Below the pieces are notes generated by a model, which was not told the DNA's origin, searched no databases, and saw nothing but the letters and a program-made list of their open reading frames with translations. Both the position numbers and the translations under genes were made by a program. A stretch of DNA of 63,975 bases, counting the filler, from Asterionella formosa (taxonomy: Eukaryota): assembly GCA_002256025.1 (NCBI GenBank). It is 7 parts of 7 records of this genome, joined end to end, with 100 filler letters (N's around TTAATTAATTAA, not from the genome) between each part and the next. Parts side by side here need not be neighbours in the genome. Positions count along the whole stretch, not along the records: positions 1 to 9,193 come from NKIB01010965.1; positions 9,294 to 18,472 come from NKIB01010990.1; 5 more parts are not named here. The stretch is one strand, 5' to 3'. Shown here piece by piece: positions 1-12,242 of the stretch (the stretch's first letter is position 1; each line of letters begins with the position of its first letter).

Positions 1-65
1 TGCTCCCCAAAAATTTGTTATAAGTGGGTATTTCTGATTGATCATGGTTGCAAACAAGGTGGCTT

Positions 66-566
66 CGTCTGCAGTAGGCAGTCTCACAACGGCATCTTCA
101 TGTGTCAGCAGTACTTTTACAATCATTCGCCTTGAAAACCTCAACCAATGAACAAGAGGCGGCATAGCATACAAGAGGATGCATCGATATGAAAATTTCA
201 CTGTTGAAAATTAAAGTTAAAAATATATATAATGTCAGAGACGTAATCTAAAATATCTCTATTATCAGAGCGCAAGGACGATATTATGTAGCAGATCACC
301 AGAATAATTTGTGTTATAATACACACATGATATAATAATTTTTTATTATCAGAGCGCGCCCATTATCCTACCAAGAAATTTAAATAAAAGAACCTGGAAG
401 AAACAATACATATAATAATTAGACTTACATAGTCAAAAGGGTTACTATTTAAATTACGAGGGCATTTATCAAAATTATTAGATGATATATCAAAAAATTA
501 TGATCAGATGGCTGATCATGATCCTATGATACATCATAGGAATATGATGTTTTTCATTTGCAGACG
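66..566. mobile_element. 501-bp non-autonomous DNA transposon with 8-bp TIR (CGTCTGCA...TGCAGACG), derived from the family at 55662-62502
   Basis: Terminal inverted 8-mers at 66-73 and 559-566. Segment 361-566 aligns closely with 62301-62502, and its end aligns with 37122-37190. Removing it rejoins a copia frame (MVANKVA-SGFPSPS...). Flanks CTT/CTG may be an imperfect 3-bp TSD. Confidence 0.8.
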
Positions 567-3500
567 CTGGGTTCCCTAGCCCAAGCATGACTGGCACCCC
601 ATCAAATGACTCACAGAATTTTGCTCATGGGCTGAATATGGGTGCTATTGTGACAAATAACCGCCAAATTGGTTGACTAAAGAAACTCCAGGAATCTGAA
701 GACTATCAAGGCCGTTTCAATGCTGAAATTTATAATAGGGCAGATACTGTGGGTGCAGGCCAAGGTTTTGCGTTAATCCATCAAACTGGCCTCATCGCAG
801 ATGTAAGCGGTTTTCATGGTGACCTGGGCGCCACTATAGGTGTCCCCATAGCACAGGTAGCAACTGCATATGACACCGCAGACCAAGAAACTTTAATCCT
901 TGGCTTGTTTTCGATGAAGCCCTCTAATTTGGCAAGACAGTGGATACCTTGCTGATCCCTCCTCCGCAACAGGTTTGTGATAATGGGTAACTCTGTAACC
1001 CACTTCCCCGTTTCCATGGCATTTATGACCCCTCGTCTGGTATCTCTATCCCATTCCAGCTTCATGGCTGTATCTCATATTTCCCAGTTCGGATCTCAAC
1101 CGCGTCCGAATGGCAAAACTGTTGCTGAATCAAGATGACCAGTGAGCAGGAATGAAATCCTTACGATTCACGTTTCAATGAACAAGAACGCCTATACCTG
1201 TCCCATGCTACCATAGGTCTCCTTGTCTCAGCATCAGCAACTCTAGGTACCTGTCATCTTCCACCTTTACAACCTCTCGGATGTTATGACTTCATGCGCA
1301 ACAGATATGTTGCCAATACATCCAGCATGAATCGGCGCTCTCAAGTTGACTCCTACACCTTGTCCCGCCGATGGGGAATCAGTGAACCTTTGGCCATGAA
1401 AATCCTTGTTGATTCCACTACACAACAGGGTTGGAAATACATTGAAGACCAATTAACATGCCGTTTCAGAACCCGACAGGCTCATATGCGATACCCCCAC
1501 CTTCGCTCTGGAGTCTTTACAGACACACTTTTCAATGACACAACCAGTGTACGTGGCAATATCTGTGCACAATTATTTGTGAAAGATGATGATGGACATT
1601 CCCGTATTTACCCACTGCCAAGTAAGGGGCAGGCCTTTGATAAGCTTGACCTCTACTGTTCCACAGTTGGGATACCTCTGTTCCTGGTGTCAGATAATGC
1701 AGGGGAAGAAACAGGTTTAGACTTGGAACAAGTGCGAAAGAAGCACCTATTCTAACAGAGGACGACAGAACCACATACTCCTTGGCAGGATCATGCCGAA
1801 CGAGAGATACAAGAACTAAAACGACATTTCAGGCGTATTATGCATAGAGCCAAATGCCCAGAACGGTTTTGGGACTACGGCATTGAATATACTTCGCAAA
1901 TCAGAGAACGAATGTCATGTCATCTGACAAATGAATGCACCCCAATTGAAAAGCTGACTGGCATCACGCCAGATATATCTGAATATTTACATTTCGATTA
2001 CTATGGCTGGCTGGATAAAATACAATGACGTCAGAGGAGGAGGGACAGAAAATGATCTTGGGAGATGGCTTGGTGTTGCAGAAAACTTAGGACAGTCAAT
2101 GTGCTATTATGTGTTAAAGCAGAATGGGAGGATTATCGTCAGATCCACAGTTCGACCCATAACAAAAGAGGAGTGGACCGATGTCACTGAACAAAATATG
2201 AGACTGAATTTTGACAAGGACAAGGAGATTGCGGAAATCTATTCAGCATTGATGAAACACTCATCCATAATGCCCCTAATGAAGAAATGGAAGAACCATT
2301 TCAAACACAAGATATGGAAAATCATGCTGTTCCTCTTAATGCCACTGATAACACAGGAGAAGTTGTTTCAGGCCCACATGAATTAAAAATGCCGAAATAT
2401 ACCTCTCGAGAGGGGACAGGAATGAATTGCTAAAGTCTTTGGGCGGAAACGTAACCCAGAAGGTCCATATATTGGAAGGAAACACTCAAATCCTCGACTG
2501 GATTCAAGGATCTTCACTGTGGAATTCTCAGATGGAGAACAACAGAACATAGCTTATAACATCCTTGCGGAACATATTTACACACAAATCGACATGGAAG
2601 GCAAACAATACCGTTTTTTCGTTGCCATCATTAATCATCGCAAGAATTCAAAGGCAATTGACAAAGCCGATCAATACAGGGTTGTGCATGGGAAAGAGGT
2701 GAAGAAAAGACTACTGCTGGGTGGCAATTTGAAGTAGAATGGAAAGATGGCACCACAACATCTTGGTTGCCCTTGAAGGAACTACCAGTGGAAGTGGCCA
2801 GTTATGCTATCGCTAGCTAATAGCATTGACAGTGAACCCGCTCTTGATTGGTGGACCAAGAATTTACTTCACAAACAAAAACGATTGATTAAGTTATCAC
2901 AGAAACGCGCCATTCAGACTGGACACAAGTTTGGTTTACAAATCCCCTTCGCAGTGATGGAGGCTTTGGAGATAGACCAGGAAAATAAAAACAATCTATG
3001 GCATGATGCAATTATGAAAGAGATGATGTCTAATGTCTGAGTGGCTTTTGAACTAAAAGAAAGAAATACACAGCCACCCCTGTTGGTTATAAACACATTC
3101 CCATGAAAATGATTTTTGATATCAAGATGGATTTTACTCGAAAAGCTTGTCTGGTTGCCGGAGGTCATAAAACCGATCCCCCAGTATCTCTCACATACTC
3201 CTCAGTGGTTTCCAGCGATAGTGTTCGAATAGCCTTCCTGATTGCCGCAACAAACAATTTGAATATCATGATGGCTGACATTGGTAATGCTTACCTAAAT
3301 GCCAAGACTGAGGAAAGAGTTTATACTGTTGCAGGCCCAGAATTTGGTGATGACAAGGAAAATTGCTGTTACTGCCCAAGAGTTAAACGGATTAAAAAGT
3401 TCTGGAGCTGCATGGTGAGCTCATTTTGCTTCAACACTCCGTGATATAGGAATCACACCCAGTTATGCAGATCCTGATATGTGGTATTGAGAGGCCACTT

Positions 3501-4637
3501 CAGAAGAAAATATGGACCATCACGAATTTATTCTGGCCTATGTAGATGATACTTTATGCATTGCAAAAGATCTGGGAAATATTATCAACTCCTTTGCAGA
3601 GCCACCCTATTTGTATTGTCTGAAAGATGTTGGGCCGCCAACGAGATATTTAGGAGCCAAAATTGGTAGACATCAACTTGATAATGATATGGAGACCTGG
3701 TTTATTTCGGCTGAAGAATGCTTGGCCAAGGCAATACCTATCATTGAGGAAAATTATGGGGCGCTAAAAGCTTTGTTCAAAGGAAAATTGGATGCACCTG
3801 CTGCTCCAGGAGACTACCACCCGGAATTGGATTCCTCGGATTTCCTGAATGATAATGACACACGATTATACCAAAGATATGTTGGCATTTTGCGTCGGGC
3901 AATAGAGGAATTAGGCCGCATTGATCTGGCACATACAGGTGCAACAATGGCCACATTCATGGCAGCGGTCGCCATTTTGAGAGTTTTTGCATATTTACGA
4001 AAACACATTTCTTGTAAGTTGGTTGTTGAACCACGAGAACGTGATTGGTCCAATAAAATATGGATATCTGCAAATTGGAAAGAATTTTATCCAGACATTA
4101 AAGAAGATCTTCCTTCAAACGCACCAAAACCACGTGGGAAGAGCACACAATTAAACATGTTCTGTGATGCATCACCACATGCTACAAACCTGGTGACAAG
4201 ACGATCTACAACAGGCATTATCTTCTTTCTGAATGGCACTCCAGTCAAATGGTATTCTAAAAGATAAAATACAATTGAGTCATCAACTTTTGGACCTGAT
4301 TTTTTTGCATTAAAAATAGCAGCAGAAATGAATGATGCCATGCGTTATAAGCTATGCATGTTGGGTATTCCCATAAGTGAACCTACAAACACCTTTTGGG
4401 ATAACAATAGCGTTGTACTGAATGTAACAAGACCTGAATCTACATTACAGCATAAACAAATTTCTATCGCCTATCATAAAGTGCGTGAATGTGCGAATTC
4501 ATCATGAACCGGGGACCAGCAACTTGGCAGGTGTCTTGACCAAATGGTTACCTCCCCATAAACATCTTGAATTATGTCGTTTATGTTATGGCATTAACAT
4601 CAAGATGAAAATTAACATTTACTTCTTGAGGGGACTA

Positions 4638-4953
4638 TGTTAATCTCTTCATATATATATATTTGGAGACGGACAGATGGAAATTCTGATGCGTCACCTA
4701 AATTCTGATTCTCTTGTGCCCTCGACTTTATTTTGTTTTACTTTGTTTTACTTTATAGTTTTTTACATCTTTCTTTATCCCTTCCTCCATCATCGCCTTC
4801 ACCTCCTTACCCCGTTTGTAATCGTTTTCATTGTCTACCACTTTAGCGAGATCATAACATTTGAGCGAAACAATGGTGAGTTGATTCTTTTCAATTGCCG
4901 GGGTATAATTCTTTTCAAGGGGTGTGAGAAACGGGGTTGATCCGTTGTTCACA
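4638..4953 (+). repeat. Probable 3' LTR of the copia element
   Basis: Starts TGTTAA just after the PPT and ends TTCACA (imperfect TG..CA inverted ends). The partner LTR is not in the window, so the right boundary is inferred. Confidence 0.6.
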
Positions 4954-6729
4954 TCCCAGGCTTTGTACGCGCAGTGCAAAGTACGGTACCTGGTACCAGG
5001 TACCGGTTGAAATTATTATGTTGATCCTGGTAGCAGTAGGTATGTGTACGTATGCATTTGTTGTTTCGCGCTCGTCGCTTCAACGTAGTGATGGTGCTTT
5101 CCGGTACCGGTACTCCGTAGCAACAACGGTTAGTACCTCGTACTCCGGTCTAACATGGTGGTAGAAGGTGGAGTACCTACCTGGACGGTACCTGGTGAGT
5201 GATCTAGATACTTCACCTGGAACCTTGTATTTAGTTTGGACTACGCAGAATACCTGCAGTTACCACAGTCGTAAATATGATACCAGGTTCCGTAATACAG
5301 AAAGGAAAACATATGAGTATAAATATTTAGCCATCGCTATTGCGAAAGATTTTACATGAATACAGGTAAGGACTGGCCTGCTCGACACTGAACTACCAGT
5401 TTGGTAGAACTGGCAGGCTCATCAACGACTTGATTTTCGATTATTGTACTGATCACGCTCGAATTTGTTCCATTGAATCCAAAGATACAGTATTAAATTG
5501 TAGAAAATGAACGATCCTGCTTTGATTGTATATAGCTATGTATCTGAAATTCTTTGCATGTGTCTGAAAAGTAGATGAGAGTACCACATAAAACTGTAAG
5601 CCACTGCTATTCTACTCCATCTTCTGACTGAAAATATTTAAGTAATACCACAATCAAAACCTGCTGCAAGTTCTAAGAAGTCTATTCTTGATGATGCATT
5701 ATAGTCAACTAATAAGTAATCAGTTTTGATCCTGTACATGGAGCCATGAAGATTTAATTTTTCCAAAAGTCATTAAGATTGCTTCATACTAGAAGTGGCT
5801 TACAGTGCATGTTTTTCTATCTATACATGAATATATTTTCGCACAAGCCATGATAATTATTATTCCATTCATACTACGAAAATTCCATTTGGTGTATTAC
5901 TTTACATTTTTTGAGCAATACAGTATACTCTTTGTGCTTTCATCATCTTCTGATTCTATGATATTGAAAAGCACAATGACTTTGTGTCCATGTGTAGTTA
6001 AACTAAGTTTATTCTATCAGAAGAATATTAATATTGTTGTATACACATAGGAAAGGCGATGATGCCAGCTCAAAAGAGTAAACATGAAGATATCCATTTA
6101 TCGCAATTTCGCTTCAACAGAGGCCTTTGGGCCATAAAACGTAATTATGAACTCACACAAATCCACAATGCAAGTATGTAAGTATGTATCTTTAACTTGA
6201 TCACATTTATTCATCAATGGTAAAGAAATATAAACTATGCTAGTTCAACAAATAGTTTAATGATACCAATCGCATTTAATGTGAAGGAGTGTTGACCAAA
6301 AGGAACATTCCATCTCTGATGGGGACGAGGTGATGAATCTCATACTCACAGCAGACCTAGCTAGTGTCCACATTAGAGGTTCAGATAGCAAGCGAATAAC
6401 AATGGCATTTTGCCACATGGGGACGTCAAGGAAATTTTCGAAAAAAGAAAGTTGCTTCTCCCTAGGTTGCCAACCAAGTAAGTTTATCATATGATTCGCG
6501 AGTTGAACAACAAAGATGCCATGCATACTAGGCGTATGCAACACAAGCAGCTTTGGGGGCGGTCCTCCGAAGAAAACTCAACTTATTTTTCTTCAGCCTT
6601 TCAGACATGGTGGATGACATGCATGAAAGGCAGCTGCGCTGCTGATACTATGATGCCTATTTTAAATGTAGATAAAAATATGGCTTATATTACAGTTGCA
6701 ACTACTGAAACTGATAGTAGTTCTGCTGC

Positions 6730-7323
6730 TGGAGGTGGAAGGCCAAAGGGAGCAACCAAATTCGCTTTCATGTCGCCTTCCACAATAATTAAGCATTGTT
6801 ACCAATTTTCTGTTGAAACCCTAATGCGCGCTATAATCGTCGCTGCCTAGTAACTGGAGTATGTTTGCGTACAAGGAATTAATGCATTTGCAGACTAGCT
6901 GGGTGGGGGAAGAAGACGACATGAAGAAATCAAAAATGCACAGGAGGTGAGGGGAAATGACAAACACCTGTGTGTGAGCCAGTTGAATGGCCAAAACTAC
7001 CAACTATCATGTGTTGTTGCTTTGAAAGTGGATCTATCACTGCAGATATCCTTGTCGCTATTTTCTGCACCAGCGCTATACCAGAAGAGAGTGACAACCT
7101 GATCAAACTCCTCTTGCACCATTTCTGCGGTATGCTTCCTCTTCTTCTGAAAGTCTGTGATGTTGTTGATGGAAGAACGTCTCCCCACACTCTACCATGT
7201 GAGCTCGCCAATGCCCTCCAAGGCAAATATGCATATGTGATCCATCAACGGCTGCTTCAGTGTGCACACAAGGAACATTTGGATGCGAAACAATGGTATA
7301 GGAGTGAATGCCTAGACTACTAG
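6730..7323 (+). pseudogene. Degraded pogo/Tc1-mariner-like (DDE_1-type) transposase fragment
   Basis: Broken frames with GGGRPKG and CCCFESGSITADILVAIF...D.L...GMLPLLL..VVDGRTS, resembling the ESGSIT...PFLLLDGH region of DDE_1 transposases. Confidence 0.45.
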
Positions 7324-7413
7324 TTGGCTAGTGCTGCCCGTAGTAAGTTAAAAGACCTGTAGCTAAGTATGGCTTCAAACAACTCGATCCACGTTTGTAA
7401 GAATGTACCTGTG

Positions 7414-8827
7414 TGTTGAAAGGTCTCGTACTCCTTCCCGTCTGACGGGTTTCTCTTACGTAGGACTTACCTGTTATACCACTAGTATTGTTATCTTCTT
7501 TCTGCTGCTAGCCTTCGTGCTAGTTTTCGCTATTGACCTTAGTACTCTGTCAATTCTCACTGTTTCTTAATTATAAGCTTAAACTAAAACTAAGTTTCAA
7601 TCCCATTCATCACACTTCGAGAACCTGTTCTTCGTGTTCCCTTTTCATTGATGTAAACCTTCTTCTGATTGATCTAAGACATCAATCTCGTTAGCAAGCT
7701 TCTTGACATGGGAACGCACCATTTGACTCATTGGACTATAGTCGAGTCAACAGTCCTTGTGACTCATTATAGCCATTGATGCTATATTCTTGTCATCCTC
7801 CTTGTTACCATGTTCAAGAAGTTCTAAAATTGTACCACTCAGTACAGGTCCAGATAACCTTGTAAAAATCTGCTCTTTGACATTCTTCGTCAAAATGTCT
7901 GCTGGATTGTTTTCTGATCTTAGAAAAACAATATGCAACTCACCCTCATCTATCATGTTCTTGACATGATGAAACTTAATATCAATGTGTTTTGTTCTTG
8001 TTCCAAGTTGTTGATTCTTCGCTGTGAATATTGCACCTGTATTATCCTCACGTAAAATGCTTGGAAGGATATTTTTGCCACCTGTCACTTTGTTGAGTAA
8101 CATTGCAATAAATTTAATCTCTTGAGCACATTGCGATATCGCAATGTATTCTGCTTCTGTGCTTGACAGCGTAACGGATGACTGGCCCTTTGATTGCCAA
8201 CTGATCAACGCACCACCAATGGTAACCAGAAAACCCGTAGTACTTTTCGGGCTTACCTTATTAGCAGCCCAGTCACTATCAACATATGCAATAACCCGTA
8301 ATTCCTTAGGTCTTCGAATCTTGAGAACTCTGTCCAATTTGCTTGATAAGAATCCAACAACTTGTGAAATTCCATTCCAGCGTTCTTCGCCTGGACAGCT
8401 TAAATACAAAGATAATTCACGTACTGCATTGGCACAGTCTGGGGAATCTTTCTTAGTAGACCATAATAATTTCCCAACAATCTTGCAATATTCCGCCTCC
8501 ATAATAGTTTCTCAATTATTGGCTCCTAATGTTTTTCCTGGTGCTCCTGGTGTCGCACAAGACTTTATCTTCTTACCAGTAAGCATCTCATATTCCAGTA
8601 GCATTTCAGTACGAAATTTCTTCAGCTGTACTTCCCATCGTTCCTGAGTTGCCTGTGGCCTTAAAAGGCGCTTTAAAGCGTGTTGAAAGGTCTTGTACTC
8701 CTTCCCGTCTGACGGGTTCCTCTTACGTAGAACTTACCTGCTCTACCACTAGTATTGTTATCTTCTTTCTGCTGCTAGCCTTCGTGCTAGTTTTCGCTAT
8801 TGACCTTTCTCTGCTATATTCTTGAGA
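7414..8827 (-). mobile_element. Internally deleted 1.4-kb Ty1/copia element retaining only the RT C-terminus and RNase H
   Basis: 3' LTR 7414-7795 and internally deleted 5' LTR 8681-8827 share ~125 bp almost identically plus the GCTATATTCTTG end. PPT CAAGGAGGA (minus strand, 7796-7804). CCTGTG direct repeats flank the element (7408-7413, 8828-8833). Confidence 0.88.
7747..8502 (-). CDS. Ty1/copia RT C-terminus and RNase H (open frame in the deleted element)
   Basis: YVDSDWA, KSTTG, WQSKGQSSVTLSSTEAEY, REDNTGAI, RTKHIDIKFH, NPADILTK. Confidence 0.85.
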   Translation of the reverse strand: MEAEYCKIVGKLLWSTKKDSPDCANAVRELSLYLSCPGEERWNGISQVVGFLSSKLDRVLKIRRPKELRVIAYVDSDWAANKVSPKSTTGFLVTIGGALISWQSKGQSSVTLSSTEAEYIAISQCAQEIKFIAMLLNKVTGGKNILPSILREDNTGAIFTAKNQQLGTRTKHIDIKFHHVKNMIDEGELHIVFLRSENNPADILTKNVKEQIFTRLSGPVLSGTILELLEHGNKEDDKNIASMAIMSHKDC

Positions 8828-9193
8828 CCTGTGTTCATACCGGTACCTGGGAATGACATACGTACATGTATGTACTGTAACATGATTTGGAATCAAAAGA
8901 CACCCAATAAAGACAGACCCATGGACTACTGCCGATACTCCTGATTACTGGTAGGCTAATAATATAGTGGTACCTAATACAGAGTCATTTCAACGCACCA
9001 TTCGCTCGTGAATAATCGTCATTTTATATTGGCCATTTTAGGGAGCAGAGGATTTCTAGCCACAGCTTCACCCTTAGCATTTGCTTGAGCTATACCCTTT
9101 GAGACTGTACCGGTAGCCATTTCCTTGCCCCTTTTCTCCCCTTGATACAAAAACTATGGTACGCAGTCGATAATCTAAAATTTGAGAATGATC

Positions 9194-9293
9194 NNNNNNN
9201 NNNNNNNNNNNNNNNNNNNNNNNNNNNNNNNNNNNNNTTAATTAATTAANNNNNNNNNNNNNNNNNNNNNNNNNNNNNNNNNNNNNNNNNNNN
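9194..9293. other. Artificial scaffold linker N44-TTAATTAATTAA-N44 (also 18473-18572, 27751-27850, 37022-37121, 46293-46392, 55562-55661)
   Basis: Six identical 100-bp linkers containing stop codons in all frames. The complete segments between them are 9179, 9178, 9171, 9171 and 9169 bp, i.e. sorted by length. Confidence 0.97.
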
Positions 9294-9626
9294 TATACAT
9301 TTTATTTAGAAACATATATTTATGCCCGCAAAATAAATACCATACTGACACCTTTCGCAGGCCGTCTCCCACCTCAAATGTGCCCTTGTATTGCGGTATA
9401 TATACATACAGTATGCGTTAGGAGCACCTGGTCCCTTCGCTCAGCCATTTGAGAGGGGAACGAATTCGTCGCTGTTGCATTCCATGCTGTTTTCGCTGGA
9501 AAAACTCTCTGTTGCCCTCGAGGTGATGACGAATGCATTGTGAGCGTTCGAGAATTTGGAGTCTCTCAAGTCTACATATAGATCGCTCCCTGCCATGGAT
9601 GTTAATTCATTCTGGGGTATTGTTTC

Positions 9627-11000
9627 ATGCTGCAGCAAAGAAACACAGTGAAGCCGAGAACGTGGCACGTTGTCGCACTGTTGCTGGCTCTCGTTTTGTT
9701 TGTTGTATGGGTCCGTCAGCTGATAAGGGGGGTCAGGCAGGTCACCAATGAACTCTCACCATCCAAAGATATCTTTCTCCCATCACAACCTCAAGAAGCG
9801 TCAGTAAGAAACAATACTGATGCAACTATCAGCAAGAATATCTATGTTGTCCAATCCAAAGGCGCGTTTCATGCTCATTTGAATGACATTGCGACAACAT
9901 TGGCTCGCACATTTACCCCCACACGTTATACAGATTGGTGCACGCACGACAATTACTTGAAAAACACAAATACTTCTAGTCCATTTTTCCTTGTGAATCC
10001 CACTGGATTGCTTTACGTCAAAACACCCAAAACAGGCAGTAGTACCATTGCGGGTGTGCTGCAACGAGTCTCACGGAGAGGGACTGGCGTACCCTGTGAC
10101 CATCTAGTTCAACATGTTTTTGGTGCTGGTCGGCACTATGGGAATCGTAACCCTCGGCGGTCATTGTTAATATCGTCTATTCGAGAACCAGCCGAACGAG
10201 CCATGAGTCGGGTGTTCTATCGACATGTTTCTATCAAAAACAAAGACCCAACTAATGAGAATGTAAGGTTCCTGCTGGACCAAACTTCAAGTCAATATGG
10301 AGCCGTATCTCAAGGTCAAGGTGGCTTTCAAACTAATTATTTGGCGCTACACGACATAACCCCATGGTCGCATTGGACAAAGGAACGTCCCAATCATGTG
10401 ATGGATCCTGACAAAGTCATTTCCATTGTGAAAGAAATAATGGATGGATTTGATATAATAATCTTGAAAGAACGATTGGAGGAGTCTCTGGTTGTTTTAC
10501 AGTTGTTATTGGAAGTGGATATAGGAGATATTTTGTCAACATCATCCAAAGTTGGGGGTATGTATAGCTTCCATAAAAAATTGGGCTGTGTCCACTTGAC
10601 CAAGTCCTTTATCTCTCCTGTCATTCAAGAATATCTGGATTCTTCCACATGGCTGGCTCAAAATTATGGTGATTATCTACTCTACAAGACTGTGAATATC
10701 TCCTTGGACTCAACCATTCAGTTCCTTGGGACCAAGCGAGTAGAACAAGGAATTGCCAAATACCGACACCTCATGGAACTAGGACTTAACCATTGTGATC
10801 CTTATGTGATCTTTCCTTGTTCTGCCAATGGAACTGACCAACATGACCTAGCCAGACAGAGTTGTTACAATCTTGATGAAGGGTGTGGGTATCAATGCCT
10901 CAATGAATTGGTTCAGAATCAAAGTCTCAATAATTGGTTCAGAATCAAAGTAGGCTGTTATAATTACTTTTACTTTCCATGTTCACGTCCAAGGGTATAA
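9627..11000 (+). CDS. Golgi-type sulfotransferase (galactose-3-O-sulfotransferase-like), type II membrane protein
   Basis: N-terminal hydrophobic anchor; 5'-PAPS motif YVKTPKTGSST; 3'-PB motif SSIREPAERAMS; FDIIILKERLEESLVVL; Cys-rich tail. 457 aa, no intron needed. Confidence 0.82.
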   Translation: MLQQRNTVKPRTWHVVALLLALVLFVVWVRQLIRGVRQVTNELSPSKDIFLPSQPQEASVRNNTDATISKNIYVVQSKGAFHAHLNDIATTLARTFTPTRYTDWCTHDNYLKNTNTSSPFFLVNPTGLLYVKTPKTGSSTIAGVLQRVSRRGTGVPCDHLVQHVFGAGRHYGNRNPRRSLLISSIREPAERAMSRVFYRHVSIKNKDPTNENVRFLLDQTSSQYGAVSQGQGGFQTNYLALHDITPWSHWTKERPNHVMDPDKVISIVKEIMDGFDIIILKERLEESLVVLQLLLEVDIGDILSTSSKVGGMYSFHKKLGCVHLTKSFISPVIQEYLDSSTWLAQNYGDYLLYKTVNISLDSTIQFLGTKRVEQGIAKYRHLMELGLNHCDPYVIFPCSANGTDQHDLARQSCYNLDEGCGYQCLNELVQNQSLNNWFRIKVGCYNYFYFPCSRPRV

Positions 11001-12242
11001 GTCTTACCCACCCTAAGCACCACCGGTACATAAGCCATCTCACTTTTTCATGACACAAATTATTACTCTGGCACTGATGGGGTGAATGACAATTGTTGTT
11101 GTTGTAATGTTCAATTGTGTGCACACCATCCCATCACTTAATAGTATGCATCCAGTCAAATATTCTGTTTTTTAGTCTTGATACCAGTTGTTTTCTGCTC
11201 ACCGGTATGATTACCAGTATATGTATGTATCCATTCCCTTCACTTGGTACATACCAGCACGGTTGGGGTTGTTCTCTGTTGTGTCAGCAATAATGTTGTT
11301 TTCAAGACTTATTTTGAATTAGCCACAACCTAGCTAACTTACAATTGATTTGTCTTCCTATCGCGCCGCAAGCTTCACCAAAAGTAAAAGTAAGCAAACT
11401 AGATCAATCATGGGAATGGTATTTGAAAAGGCCAGTATTGACAAGCCTCTTTTCGATGTGCTCGAAAGTATGGAGAACGATTCACTGCCGAAGCCAGTTA
11501 CCCTCAAGGATCAATGGATGATGACACTCCCATTATGGTGATGGTCAAGTATATTGGAGTACTTGGGACTACCGAGAATGAGGGATCAGAAATGATAAAC
11601 AGGNNNNNNNNNNNNNNNNNNNNNNNNNNNNNNNNNNNNNNNNNNNNNNNNNNNNNNNNNNNNNNNNNNNNNNNNNNNNNNNNNNNNNNNNNNNNNNNNN
11701 NNNNNNNNNNNNNNNNNNNNNNNNNNNNNNNNNNNNNNNNNNNNNNNNNNNNNNNNNNNNNNNNNNNNNNNNNNNNNNNNNNNNNNNNNNNNNNNNNNNN
11801 NNNNNNNNNNNNNNNNNNNNNNNNNNNNNNNNNNNNNNNNNNNNNNNNNNNNNNNNNNNNNNNNNNNNNNNNNNNNNNNNNNNNNNNNNNNNNNNNNNNN
11901 NNNNNNNNNNNNNNNNNNNNNNNNNNNNNNNNNNNNNNNNNNNNNNNNNNNNNNNNNNNNNNNNNNNNNNNNNNNNNNNNNNNNNNNNNNNNNNNNNNNN
12001 NNNNNNNNNNNNNNNNNNNNNNNNNNNNNNNNNNNNNNNNNNNNNNNNNNNNNNNNNNNNNNNNNNNNNNNNNNNNNNNNNNNNNNNNNNNNNNNNNNNN
12101 NNNNNNNNNNNNNNNNNNNNNNNNNNNNNNNNNNNNNNNNNNNNNNNNNNNNNNNNNNNNNNNNNNNNNNNNNNNNNNNNNNNNNNNNNNNNNNNNNNNN
12201 AATAAATGGTAAATTCTTGCTCGGTAATTGTTCAAAAACAGC

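Larger units (their letters stand above)
1..4953 (+). mobile_element. Degenerate Ty1/copia (CoDi-like) LTR retrotransposon, 5' end outside the window, interrupted at 66-566
   Basis: Fragmented pol in copia order. Protease (AEIYNRADT, ~720-900); integrase (LSRRWGI, FTDTLF, SDNAGEE, WDYGIEY, 1294-2386); RT (YSSVVSSDSVRIAF, ADIGNAYLNA, LAYVDD, 3103-3560); RNase H (FCDAS, RRSTTG, WYSK, to ~4550). PPT GAGGGGAC at ~4628-4635. Many stops and frameshifts. Confidence 0.93.

Noticed and set aside
9238..9249. Regularly spaced TTAATTAATTAA palindrome as a biological periodic signal
   Set aside because: Always centred in 44+44 Ns; it is an assembly linker.
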